NCBI GenBank assembly: GCA_048881705.1
Contig: JBHLSH010000017.1
Coordinates: forward strand, 1 to 51,621
DNA: 51,621 nt
DNA from: Candidatus Heimdallarchaeota archaeon
GTDB lineage: Archaea > Asgardarchaeota > Heimdallarchaeia > Hodarchaeales > Hodarchaeaceae
Direction: 5' to 3'
Shown here: positions 9,867 through 19,510 of the stretch, one piece after another
Layout: the number at the start of each line of letters is the position of its first letter
How positions within the stretch are numbered: the first letter of the stretch is position 1
The notes under the pieces: model-generated
Told to the model about the DNA's origin: nothing
What the model saw: only the letters and a program-made list of their open reading frames with translations
Database searches by the model: none
Made by a program: the position numbers and the translations under genes

Positions 9867-9939
9867 TTCATAAGACCTCTAGCAAGATCGTTTTAAAATC
9901 TAGCCAAGAATTCGCTATATCAACTAATAGGGGCATAAA

Positions 9940-10866
9940 ATGGAGCAAAGTGCAGATTTAAATAACAGAAAAGCGCTAATGGATCAGTCATTATTTCTTA
10001 CCTCGCGGAAAACTATCGCAAGTTATCCTGGGGGGAAGAGTGATAGACGCAAACATTCTACGCTCTTTTTATCGGTTCCAGATAGAATTCGCTTTCTTAT
10101 TGAACCCTTTGCAGGCTTGGCCAACTTTTTCCTCGTTTTATGCCCACGAGTTTCAAGAGTATGGCTAAATGATAAAGATCCTGAAATTTTTTCAATATTA
10201 AAGAGTATTCAGGATCCCGATCTATTATCAAAACTGATAGAACAGATCAAATCGATCGAACCTATCGAAAGAGACGAGTATTATGAGTGGAAGTCTTTAT
10301 CTCCAAATACAGTCTTAGATCGGGCAGTAAGACGTCTTATTATTCTCAATTGCTCGCCAAACGGTGCGGGTGGAGGATATAGCAGAGAAAAAGCGCATAG
10401 GAATTGGTACCAGAGTAAACCGCTCGTTTGGGGATTTATTCATAAGATCTTTCAGGAGAAAGAAGTTCGCATTACTAATTGGGACTTTTCTAAGGTTTTA
10501 ATGGCCTTAACTGGTGACTTATACTCCCGTTCCTCCTTTTGTTATCTGGATCCTCCTTATATTGATGTTGCCAAAAGCGGAAATCTCTACGGGAAGTTGT
10601 ACAACATCGTGGACTGGGAACTGTTGAAATTCCATCTGAATCAAATCCAATGTCACTGGGTTCTTTCTAATCGAGATGATCCAAGAATACACAAGCTTTT
10701 CACTGGTTATCACATTCTTCAATATAATACATACAACGATATGAATAACACAATTGAAAGTAATCCGGAAATGCTAGTAAGCAATCGTCCATTTAAGCGC
10801 GCAACAAGTAGAAGGAAGTCTTTGAAAGCGTTTCTTGGTAATTCTGAAAACCACCAAGAGTCCTAG
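9940..10866 (+). CDS. Alpha-class (Dam/D12 family) N6-adenine DNA methyltransferase, orphan
   Basis: YPGGK, IEPFAG, NDKD, YLDPPY, W.LSN and E.LVSN in alpha order. Confidence 0.92.
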   Translation: MEQSADLNNRKALMDQSLFLTSRKTIASYPGGKSDRRKHSTLFLSVPDRIRFLIEPFAGLANFFLVLCPRVSRVWLNDKDPEIFSILKSIQDPDLLSKLIEQIKSIEPIERDEYYEWKSLSPNTVLDRAVRRLIILNCSPNGAGGGYSREKAHRNWYQSKPLVWGFIHKIFQEKEVRITNWDFSKVLMALTGDLYSRSSFCYLDPPYIDVAKSGNLYGKLYNIVDWELLKFHLNQIQCHWVLSNRDDPRIHKLFTGYHILQYNTYNDMNNTIESNPEMLVSNRPFKRATSRRKSLKAFLGNSENHQES

Positions 10867-10996
10867 AACCCTCTGGGTCTTATTGAGGAAATCATATAGT
10901 AAATTATTATGAAAAAGACTGGAACTCATTTTCCCAAAGAGTCTGAGATAATTTTTGGCTTTGACGGATCTTTGATGTTTAATAAAGGCTGGTTAT

Positions 10997-11968
10997 ATGA
11001 AATTCTACAGAACTATATTGGAAGCAATGGGAAGAACACCCCTGATACGATTGAATAAAATCATTCCTAAAGATGGGCCCCTGGTCTTGGTTAAAGCTGA
11101 ATTCTTGAATCCTGGAGGAAGTGTGAAGGATCGAATAGGGATAACTATGCTGGAAGATGCTAAAAACAGAGGTCTAATCCAGAATGGAGGAACCATTGTC
11201 GAACCGACTTCTGGCAATACCGGTGTCGGCCTAGCAATGGTGGGAGTTCTCAAGGGCTATAAAATGGTCTTTACCATGCCTGATAAGATGAGTAAGGAAA
11301 AAGAACAGCTGCTTGGTGCTTTTGGAGGAGAAGTTGTGCGAACACGAACCGACGTGGCTCCCGAAGATCCAGAGAGCTACTACTCGGTAGCGGAAAAGAT
11401 CGTTAAGGAAACTCCCAATGCTTACTCACCGAACCAGTATTATAATCCTATGAACATCCACGCCCACTATAAAACAACTGGACCCGAAATTTGGGACGAT
11501 TGCCCAGAAATTACACACTTTGTATGTGGAATGGGTACAGGAGGGACCATAACGGGAGTTGGACGGTTTTTAAAGGAAAAAAATCCCAAGATAAAGGTCA
11601 TTGGGGTCGATCCAGAGGGGTCGATTTACTATGATCAATTTTATGGCATAGAAGGTGAAGGTGCGAGAGTTTACAAGACTGAGGGCATTGGAGAAGACTT
11701 TATACCAGAAACCATTGATCTCAATATAATTGATGAAGTTGTCCGTGTTGGAGACAAGGATGCCTATACGACAGCAAGGGATTTGGCCCGAAAAGAAGCC
11801 ATGTTGGTTGGTAGTTCCTCAGGATCCGCGGCATTTGCAGCAATCCAGGTCGCTCGCAGTCTAGATAATAACGCGGTTATTGTTGTTCTTTTCCCTGATA
11901 CTGGGAGGAATTACCTTAGTAAACTATTCGATGATGATTGGATGCGCCAGAATGGACTTCTGGAATAA
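10997..11968 (+). CDS. cbs: Cystathionine beta-synthase / cysteine synthase family, PLP-dependent, no Bateman domain
   Basis: KAEFLNPGGSVKDRIG, EPTSGNTG, NQYYNP, GMGTGGT, EGIG, and the CBS-type C-terminal YLSKLFDDDWM. Confidence 0.85.
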   Translation: MKFYRTILEAMGRTPLIRLNKIIPKDGPLVLVKAEFLNPGGSVKDRIGITMLEDAKNRGLIQNGGTIVEPTSGNTGVGLAMVGVLKGYKMVFTMPDKMSKEKEQLLGAFGGEVVRTRTDVAPEDPESYYSVAEKIVKETPNAYSPNQYYNPMNIHAHYKTTGPEIWDDCPEITHFVCGMGTGGTITGVGRFLKEKNPKIKVIGVDPEGSIYYDQFYGIEGEGARVYKTEGIGEDFIPETIDLNIIDEVVRVGDKDAYTTARDLARKEAMLVGSSSGSAAFAAIQVARSLDNNAVIVVLFPDTGRNYLSKLFDDDWMRQNGLLE

Positions 11969-12052
11969 GAAAGAACTCGGATTAGTAAATCAATTTAAAT
12001 TACAGTTTATTTGACGAAAGTAAATCAATAATCATGATTTGGAGGCACAAAA

Positions 12053-13312
12053 ATGACTGAGAAGGAATTCGCAACGAGAGCAGTACACGCAGGTTACATA
12101 CCTGATCCAACGACCGGGGCTATAACGCCGCCAATCTACCAAACGTCTACATATGTACTTCCTAAATTGGGAGTCAACTTGGGTTATGACTATTCACGGA
12201 CATCTAATCCGACTCGGACGGTTTTGGAGAGCCTACTAGCAGATTTAGAAGGTTCTTCTTTTGGTGTGGCTTTTTCTACTGGCATGGCCGCGGTGGATGC
12301 CGTGATTAGAGCTCGATTAAAATCTGGTGACCATGTCGTTGTTTTTGATGATGCTTATGGCGGGGTCTATCGTTTATTTGAACAAAATTACAAGAAATTC
12401 AATCTGGATTTCACATATGTGGATATGAGAAATGCAGAGAATGTGGAAGAAGCAATTCGGGCAAATACCCGATTAATATGGCTGGAAACACCCACTAATC
12501 CGTTATTAAAGATAGCAGATGTAGAAGCTATTTCTAAGATTGCTGCGGAGGAAAATAAGGCTAGAGAAGCCCATGAAAAAATCTTAACAGCAATTGACAA
12601 CACTTTCATGACCCCGTATTTTCTAAAACCTTTCAAATACGGAGCTGACATTAGTCTCCATTCCACCACCAAGTTTCTTTCAGGACACAACCTATTGGTA
12701 GGAGGTTTCATCGCGGTACGTGACGATCCCTCGCGGTGGTATTATGAAGAACAGGCTGTGGTCGACGCTTCTGGGAGTTCAGTTTCTGGAAAAACAGAAT
12801 TGGTAAATACTGTTTATCAAGATCTAAAGTTTATACAGAATGCCGTCGGCGCAGTTCCAGGGCCATTCGATTGTTGGTTAACAATAATGGGGGTTAAAAC
12901 CCTCCATCTTCGTATGGCCCAACACGATTTTAATGCCCAAAAAATCGTTCAATATCTCCTAGATCATCCCAAAGTGTCCCAAGTCAATTATCCTGGTATC
13001 TCCTCACACCAAAATCATAAGATCGCGAAATCACAAATGTCGGGATTCGGAGGTATGCTCTCATTTGAACTAAAAGGAGGACTAGACGCGGGTACGAAGC
13101 TTATGAATGGAGTAAAACTCTGGGCATTGGCTGAATCCTTGGGCGCTGTTGAGTCAATGATCACTCATCCTGCAACAATGACTCATGCGTCGGTACCTCC
13201 TGAGGTTCGTCATTCCCGGGGGATCTCAGATGGACTCGTAAGATTAAGCGTTGGAATTGAATCAGTAAATGACTTGATTGCTGATTTAGATCAAGCATTA
13301 TCCCAAATCTGA
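12053..13312 (+). CDS. Cystathionine gamma-lyase/synthase family
   Basis: PPIYQTSTY, YSRTSNPT, ETPTNP, DNTF.TP, HSTTKFLSGH (PLP lysine), AESLG.VES, RLSVGIE; GGAGG SD upstream. Confidence 0.92.
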   Translation: MTEKEFATRAVHAGYIPDPTTGAITPPIYQTSTYVLPKLGVNLGYDYSRTSNPTRTVLESLLADLEGSSFGVAFSTGMAAVDAVIRARLKSGDHVVVFDDAYGGVYRLFEQNYKKFNLDFTYVDMRNAENVEEAIRANTRLIWLETPTNPLLKIADVEAISKIAAEENKAREAHEKILTAIDNTFMTPYFLKPFKYGADISLHSTTKFLSGHNLLVGGFIAVRDDPSRWYYEEQAVVDASGSSVSGKTELVNTVYQDLKFIQNAVGAVPGPFDCWLTIMGVKTLHLRMAQHDFNAQKIVQYLLDHPKVSQVNYPGISSHQNHKIAKSQMSGFGGMLSFELKGGLDAGTKLMNGVKLWALAESLGAVESMITHPATMTHASVPPEVRHSRGISDGLVRLSVGIESVNDLIADLDQALSQI

Positions 13313-13335
13313 GTCCTAGTGTAAAAGGGAAAGGA

Positions 13336-14025
13336 TTAGGACTTACATAGGCTCCTTAGAAAATCGTTAAACAGCTTTGGTTCATGTAGTTCTGGTGTAT
13401 GGGTTGGGAGTATATTTCGATTCTCTCTAGCTGTAAATTTTTTGGCCAAAGATGATTTTCCAATAGTGTACAACCTTAAGTGTGGAACTTCGTCTATAAA
13501 TACGGAATGACCCGAAAAAGGGATCACTGGATCCATAACATCCCAGAGAATGTTAAGAGGTTTATTCCACCCGCGAATCAACAATCTGTTCTTATCCCCT
13601 CCTGAAGGCGCAATCAAGCCTAACCCTGAAACTGCACTTGGTAATCGTTGAATCAGTTCTAGAGCGATTCGACCTCCGTATGATCTTCCAATCAGGATTA
13701 GCTCCTTTATACCAAACCGTTCTATCACAGCCTGTATGGAATGGGCTGATGTGTCTAGATGATGCTGATGGGAGACCTTGGTACGAGAAATTGAAAGCTT
13801 CGATTTGCCATGGCCCAATCGATCCATCAGAATCGGGTTACAGTAGTCCAAAATACGCGTTAGAAGTGGGTCCCAAAAGCCCGTATCTTGGGTTTTCCTA
13901 CTTGCCCCATGTAGGAAAAAGGCATAGGATTTATCGCGAGCGGGCCTATTAGGTACTTTAAGATGGAGTTTTCCAAGTGAATGGTTCAAAAATAGTGAAA
14001 TTAAGGGCATATTATGAGCAACCAA
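13336..14025 (-). CDS. Alpha/beta hydrolase
   Basis: FFLHG, D..GHGKS, GRSYGG nucleophile elbow, D.VIP acid residue, late His (THTPE). Confidence 0.8.
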   Translation of the reverse strand: MVAHNMPLISLFLNHSLGKLHLKVPNRPARDKSYAFFLHGASRKTQDTGFWDPLLTRILDYCNPILMDRLGHGKSKLSISRTKVSHQHHLDTSAHSIQAVIERFGIKELILIGRSYGGRIALELIQRLPSAVSGLGLIAPSGGDKNRLLIRGWNKPLNILWDVMDPVIPFSGHSVFIDEVPHLRLYTIGKSSLAKKFTARENRNILPTHTPELHEPKLFNDFLRSLCKS

Positions 14026-14233
14026 GGAATTTCCTATGTTAATATTTTCTTTTTGGATTAGTTTTGCATGGAATGAAATGAGATTGATTGTTTTTTTTTC
14101 GACCGCAAGATCACATTTCCACTATCTATGCCTTTAAAAAGGGCAGATCCGCAGTCAAATCGCCATTAATAAGATCTTTATTCTTCAATTAGACTTCTGG
14201 TTACGATTTTAACGACGAAATAACTCTGAAACT

Positions 14234-15049
14234 TTGATAGGTGAAGAATCATTGAGTATTGTGGAAACAACAGGGTTAACCAAACGATTCAATAATATAA
14301 CTGCTCTAAATGATGTTTCGGTAAGGATCCAAAAGGGGGAGGTCTTTGGTTTGCTGGGTCCGAATGGTGCAGGGAAAACAACCCTTATTCGGATATTAAT
14401 TGGACTTTTGAAGCCAACCAGCGGGCAGGCACGGATTTTCGGTCTTGATGTAGAAAAAGATGTCATGGCTATTCGAAAACGCGCTAGCCTGCTCCCTCAG
14501 GAAGCAGAAGTTTATGAGAACCTGACTGCAAAGGAAAATATTCTCTATTACGGGAGGATTTACGGGAACATGCCAGATAGAGAGGTTAGCCAAAGAACCA
14601 AGGAGCTAATATCCTTAATTGGATTGGAAAGCCGACAGAATGATGTCACCAAAAAATTCTCTGGAGGGATGAAACGAAAGGTCCTCGTTGCTCGTTCAAT
14701 GGTCATGGATCCTGATTTATTATTTCTTGATGAACCAACGACGGGGATTGATATTCTTGGGGCTCGCACGGTAAGAAATCTAATTAAACGACTCTCTAAG
14801 GAATTGCATAAGACCATAATTCTTACTACACACGATTTAAGCGAAGTTGATGAGCTTTGTGATCGAGTTGGAATTATGGATAAAGGTAAGCTAAAAGCCG
14901 TGGGGCGGCCCGATGAACTCGAGACCCAGTTTCAAAAAGTTGGATTGGAAGATGTATTTATAGGGCTAACAACAGGTGAGGGGATATTGGAGGAAGACAA
15001 AGCAGTACAAAAGAAGAAGAGTGGACTGCGACGAATTCTTGGAAGGTGA
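14234..15049 (+). CDS. ABC transporter ATP-binding subunit
   Basis: GPNGAGKT, FSGGMKRK, LFLDEPT, TTHD. Confidence 0.95.
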   Translation: MIGEESLSIVETTGLTKRFNNITALNDVSVRIQKGEVFGLLGPNGAGKTTLIRILIGLLKPTSGQARIFGLDVEKDVMAIRKRASLLPQEAEVYENLTAKENILYYGRIYGNMPDREVSQRTKELISLIGLESRQNDVTKKFSGGMKRKVLVARSMVMDPDLLFLDEPTTGIDILGARTVRNLIKRLSKELHKTIILTTHDLSEVDELCDRVGIMDKGKLKAVGRPDELETQFQKVGLEDVFIGLTTGEGILEEDKAVQKKKSGLRRILGR

Positions 15050-16374
15050 TAACAAGGATGAATCCTCTTAAACAAATCTATTCATTAACTAAGCAGGAAT
15101 TACGAATTGCAAGCAGAACCCGGTATATTGTTCTTACCTTCATACTGATGCCCTTAGCAATGTGGGGTCTTCAAGGGGGAGTCCAGATACTTATCGGATT
15201 CTCACTTACGGATTCTCAGGAGGGAGAAACCATCTTTGCTGTAAACTTTGACGAAGGAAATGGGTCTCATTTTCTTGGGAATGAATTCATTAGCGCTCTG
15301 GTCAATGAAACACAGCGTAACGGATCCCTACTATTCGGTGCCGCCATCGATGTTTCATCCTATACGAGCATTACACACACATATTCAGAGCTAAGAGGTT
15401 TACTAAACGATTCTACAAAAGCAAAGGCTATGACGCCCATGATTATTATCCCCTCGGGATTCACGCAAGCTTACGCCAGTTTTCCTGGCCCCGTTCCAAC
15501 GATTGAAATGTACTCCTTTCCCGGGGGTATTTTGGGTTCTTCGTTACTAAATGCCGCAGTTATATCTGTTGCTTCCTCTGAGCCATTTACCATCGTCAAT
15601 GTCGAAAAAGTAGTTCAGGTCAAGCAAACCACAATCGTATTCGAGGGGGAGGAATCCGCTGCTTCTGGATTTGGAACCGGTTTTATAGGGTTGTTTTCAG
15701 TGATTATTGCAGTGATGGCCCCTGCGCCATTTGTAGCAACATCATTTGCAGGCGAACGCGAAAAGAAGACCTTAGAATCCTTACTTGCGTTGCCAATCGC
15801 TCGATTCAACATTTTAGTAGGTAAGCTGGTAGCAGGCATGGTTCTAGTGGGTATTTTTTCGCTAATGAATATAATCGGATTGGCCATGTTTGCGTTCTTG
15901 CTGGGTTCGCAATCCACAGGAGATCAGATCGGCGATAGCTATTCCTCTGTTTTTTCAATAGAACTTGGATTAAATCTCTTTATATTGGTGGCGTTAACCA
16001 TGTTTCTTTCAGCATTTGTATCAATTGGCATTGGGATATCCGTAGCGAGCCTTACGAAAGATGTCCGATCTTCCGAGTCGCTTTATAATCTCATAATGCT
16101 ACTCCCGAGCCTCGTTGTTGGAATGACTGGTTTATTCGGAGCGTTGCCGGAAGAATCGTTTGGTGGTGCAGGTATATTCCTTTACATTATTCCATGGACT
16201 CATGCAATGGCGATTCTGTCGAAGGGTCTTTATCCCCAAACATATGGCTCGCGTGCTTTGACAGGTAGCATTGCGACAGATCTTCTATTTCATCTGGGGT
16301 ATTTGGTAATTGTTATAGTGATCTGCCTCTTCATCGCCTCAAAAGTGTTCGATCGCGAAGGGATCCTTTCCTGA
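15046..16374 (+). CDS. ABC-2 type permease (NatB-like)
   Basis: 4-bp overlap with the ATPase; N-terminal TM, large extracellular loop, AGEREKKTLESLLALP, several C-terminal TMs. Confidence 0.88.
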   Translation: MITRMNPLKQIYSLTKQELRIASRTRYIVLTFILMPLAMWGLQGGVQILIGFSLTDSQEGETIFAVNFDEGNGSHFLGNEFISALVNETQRNGSLLFGAAIDVSSYTSITHTYSELRGLLNDSTKAKAMTPMIIIPSGFTQAYASFPGPVPTIEMYSFPGGILGSSLLNAAVISVASSEPFTIVNVEKVVQVKQTTIVFEGEESAASGFGTGFIGLFSVIIAVMAPAPFVATSFAGEREKKTLESLLALPIARFNILVGKLVAGMVLVGIFSLMNIIGLAMFAFLLGSQSTGDQIGDSYSSVFSIELGLNLFILVALTMFLSAFVSIGIGISVASLTKDVRSSESLYNLIMLLPSLVVGMTGLFGALPEESFGGAGIFLYIIPWTHAMAILSKGLYPQTYGSRALTGSIATDLLFHLGYLVIVIVICLFIASKVFDREGILS

Positions 16375-16383
16375 TCCCTGGCC

Positions 16384-16396
16384 TCTTTTCTTTTTT
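16384..16396 (+). terminator. Oligo-T archaeal terminator candidate
   Basis: TCTTTTCTTTTTT about 10 nt after the permease stop. Confidence 0.5.
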
Positions 16397-16694
16397 ACCC
16401 GAAAAATCAAGAATTTGGTTAGAAGCGCAAGTTTGGTATTTTTCTCCTTGTTCCAGCCGAGAAGCCATTTAGGTTACACAGTCTGGATTACAGCTGTTTA
16501 AAGCAATTCTCTCTGGTCTGCAGAAATGTTTGGTGATAAGATAGAAATACCTGCCGCATTTAATCCAGGTTACATGTTTCGTTCGTTGTTTCTTCACAAA
16601 AGCTATCAATCTGAATGAATTCAAAGTTTTTGACTTATTCTAGTGAACCTTATCGCTCAATAATGTTCTTAATAGAACCGCATGAACTTGCTAT

Positions 16695-17636
16695 TTGAAT
16701 AGAAGTTTTCGAGGCGAAATTCTGATTAGATACATTTTATTAACAAAGAAGGGGCTTTATGCTCCTAACAACGATGGTACATACTCCGTCACATGGAGTG
16801 GCAAGTCTTTCATCCATGGAGATGTGAATGGAAGGCAGATCGCTCTTATTGTTGAAGGAAACGAAGTTTGGGTGGGTGATTTCGAAAGAGGCTGGGAACC
16901 GATTCTTACATGTAACACAAAGCTACGGTGCATTAAATGGCTCAGTAAGAACCGATTACTAGTTGGAACTGCTGGCGCCAGATTGGCATGGATTGAAAAT
17001 GAAAAATTGAACTTTATTTCCAGTTTTGATGACATTAAAGAGAGGTCGACCTGGAATACCCCTTGGGGAGGTCCGCCCGATACTAGGTCAATTGTAACTT
17101 CTGGAAATGCCAATATTTATGCTAACATTCACGTAGGTTGGATTGCCAGGTCGTTTGATTCAGGTCAGACATGGCAGAACCTTCAGAATGGGTTAGAAAA
17201 AGATGTTCATCAGGTGGCGACTCATCCAATCCGCGAAGAGGTTGTTTTCGCTGCCACTGCTTGGGGTTTTCATGTTAGCTTTGATTATGGAGAATCTTTT
17301 GTCAGAAAATGGAAGGAGATGCCAATAAACTACCAGCGAGCAACAATTTGTTACCCAAACGATGATTTTTACGTTGTATCGGTTGCACGTGGATCGTATG
17401 GACGGAATGCACAATTATATTGGACCGACACCTCTGGTGATACGTGGCAACTGGCCGCGGGACTTCCAAGAGACATAGAGAAGAACATCGATACATTTCA
17501 ATTGTGTCGAATCGGATCCACGAGAGGTTTGGTCGTAATTGAGAACAATCAACTTTACGGAACGGAAGATCAAGGAAAATCTTGGAAAAGGATCACGATG
17601 ATTCCTCCACGTATTAATCAGGTTCTAGCCCTATAA
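16695..17636 (+). CDS. Asp-box (BNR) beta-propeller protein
   Basis: Four Asp-box motifs (SFDSGQTW, SFDYGESF, DTSGDTW, TEDQGKSW); no clear signal peptide. Confidence 0.75.
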   Translation: MNRSFRGEILIRYILLTKKGLYAPNNDGTYSVTWSGKSFIHGDVNGRQIALIVEGNEVWVGDFERGWEPILTCNTKLRCIKWLSKNRLLVGTAGARLAWIENEKLNFISSFDDIKERSTWNTPWGGPPDTRSIVTSGNANIYANIHVGWIARSFDSGQTWQNLQNGLEKDVHQVATHPIREEVVFAATAWGFHVSFDYGESFVRKWKEMPINYQRATICYPNDDFYVVSVARGSYGRNAQLYWTDTSGDTWQLAAGLPRDIEKNIDTFQLCRIGSTRGLVVIENNQLYGTEDQGKSWKRITMIPPRINQVLAL

Positions 17637-17662
17637 GAGTAGAATGTCAGGGAAGATACACT

Positions 17663-19483
17663 TTGCCCCAGAAGGAAACCAAGAATAAAAGCCTGGGTCA
17701 ATATTTTACACCTCGTTATGTAGCCGAGTTCATGACAAATCTTATTTCGCGTTTATCCCCAAGGTCAATTATTGAACCAGCGGCAGGAACAGGGATTTTT
17801 CTTCAATTAATTTCTAAACGTTTTACAGAAGCTGAAATTACGGGGATAGAAATCGACTCTACCTTACCAAACAAGTCGGATTGTCCCATTATTTACCAGG
17901 ATTTTTTTGACTATCCTTTGATCCACAAGTTTTCCATTGTTATAGGGAATCCACCCTATGTAAGATGGAAACATCAGTCACGAGATAAGAGAAAAAGGCT
18001 GTTAGAAAGATCATTCTGGGGTAAACGGATGAATGGTCTTACAGACTTGCTTCAACCCTTTATCTTTAAATCTGTGGATCATTTGGAAGAAAATGGTGAA
18101 TTAATCTTTATAACACCGAAATTCTGGCAGCAAACAATTCATTCATCTCCTTTACGCGAGTATTTATTGTCTCAGGGGCAACTTGAACTGGTGGTTGATT
18201 TCAACGAAAAAACAGTATTTCCGCGTGCTTCTCTTAATCTAATCATATTCAAGTTCGTCAAAAATGCAGAGAATAAATTCATTAAACATGTTCAATTTAA
18301 GAAAAAAGGGCGTTTGACTCCAATGGAGCTTGATCGTGTGAACAGACTCCTGCTTCAACTTAATACGATTTCATTGGAAGAAACACTTGAAGATGAAGAG
18401 ATGAAAGCATGTTGGGTTGCGGCACCAGATGATCCCATCAAATGGACATTTTATCCCTTGGATATCAAGAGACTCGTCGCCCAGATAAACGAGTCATGCA
18501 CATATTCCCCTTTAGTCCAATGTAAGCAAGGGGAGAGGAGTATAAAATTCCCACTGACTCAACTGTATACCAAGGACGATATTATTCGGTTTTCTTTGAA
18601 CGAAAATGATTTAATGGATACCCAATTTAATAATAGAACTTATCTCTCCCAACGGGCAATAAAACGGCTTGATTCTTTCGTTTCAAACTCAACTAGTTCC
18701 GTTCTTGAATATTTACCTAAACGCCCTGTTAGATTGGGGGATATTGCGGAGATAGGGAATGGAATGGTATCGGGACTAGATAAGGCCTTTCTTAGGGATC
18801 GTAATACTCATTTACTACCTCAGGAGAAGAATTATATAATAAAAGTCATAAAAGCCAGATCTCTAAACCGTTTCCTGGTAGGTAGGCCAACGGATTATAT
18901 TTTTATTGAACCACATTCGTTTTCGGATGAACTGGAATTGCAGCGCCACCTTCCTAATATCTTCCAAATGCTAATTCCTTTCAAGGCTCAGCTCGAAAAT
19001 CGATGGACCCCCTATCCTCTACCGTGGTGGACATGGGCATTCCCTCGGAATAAAAATCTAATCGAAGGGAACTTAAAGAAAATCTTTGTGCCCTGCAAGG
19101 AACGAATCGACAAAAGAGGATTCATCCGTTTTGCTTACGATGACCGCGGTTACTATGCAGCTCAAGATACCACTGTAATCATAAAGCATGAATGGGTAAA
19201 GGAATCGGACGAATACATACTGGCTTACCTTAGCTCCAGCCGGATTTTTCAGTACCTGGAAAACGAGGGATTAAGACGAGGAGGCGTGCTGGAATTTTCA
19301 GAGAAACCGTTATCGGAGATTCCGATCAGGTTGATCAATTGGGAAAAACCAGCAGAGGTCAAAGTTCACGACAAAATTACGAATTTGGTCACGAAAATCC
19401 GTATGACACCCTCCTCAAGTGCCATGAATGAAGAAAACACTGAAATTGACGAACTTTTTGATCAACTCTTCGATCAAAGGTAG
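17663..19483 (+). CDS. Gamma-class N6-adenine DNA methyltransferase (TaqI/Eco57I-like)
   Basis: LGQYFTP, IIEPAAGTGIF, VIGNPPY, and a TaqI_C-like TRD ending GGVLEFSEKPLSEIPI. Confidence 0.92.
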   Translation: MPQKETKNKSLGQYFTPRYVAEFMTNLISRLSPRSIIEPAAGTGIFLQLISKRFTEAEITGIEIDSTLPNKSDCPIIYQDFFDYPLIHKFSIVIGNPPYVRWKHQSRDKRKRLLERSFWGKRMNGLTDLLQPFIFKSVDHLEENGELIFITPKFWQQTIHSSPLREYLLSQGQLELVVDFNEKTVFPRASLNLIIFKFVKNAENKFIKHVQFKKKGRLTPMELDRVNRLLLQLNTISLEETLEDEEMKACWVAAPDDPIKWTFYPLDIKRLVAQINESCTYSPLVQCKQGERSIKFPLTQLYTKDDIIRFSLNENDLMDTQFNNRTYLSQRAIKRLDSFVSNSTSSVLEYLPKRPVRLGDIAEIGNGMVSGLDKAFLRDRNTHLLPQEKNYIIKVIKARSLNRFLVGRPTDYIFIEPHSFSDELELQRHLPNIFQMLIPFKAQLENRWTPYPLPWWTWAFPRNKNLIEGNLKKIFVPCKERIDKRGFIRFAYDDRGYYAAQDTTVIIKHEWVKESDEYILAYLSSSRIFQYLENEGLRRGGVLEFSEKPLSEIPIRLINWEKPAEVKVHDKITNLVTKIRMTPSSSAMNEENTEIDELFDQLFDQR

Positions 19484-19510
19484 AGGCTAAAAGAATAGGA
19501 TGTAAGATTC

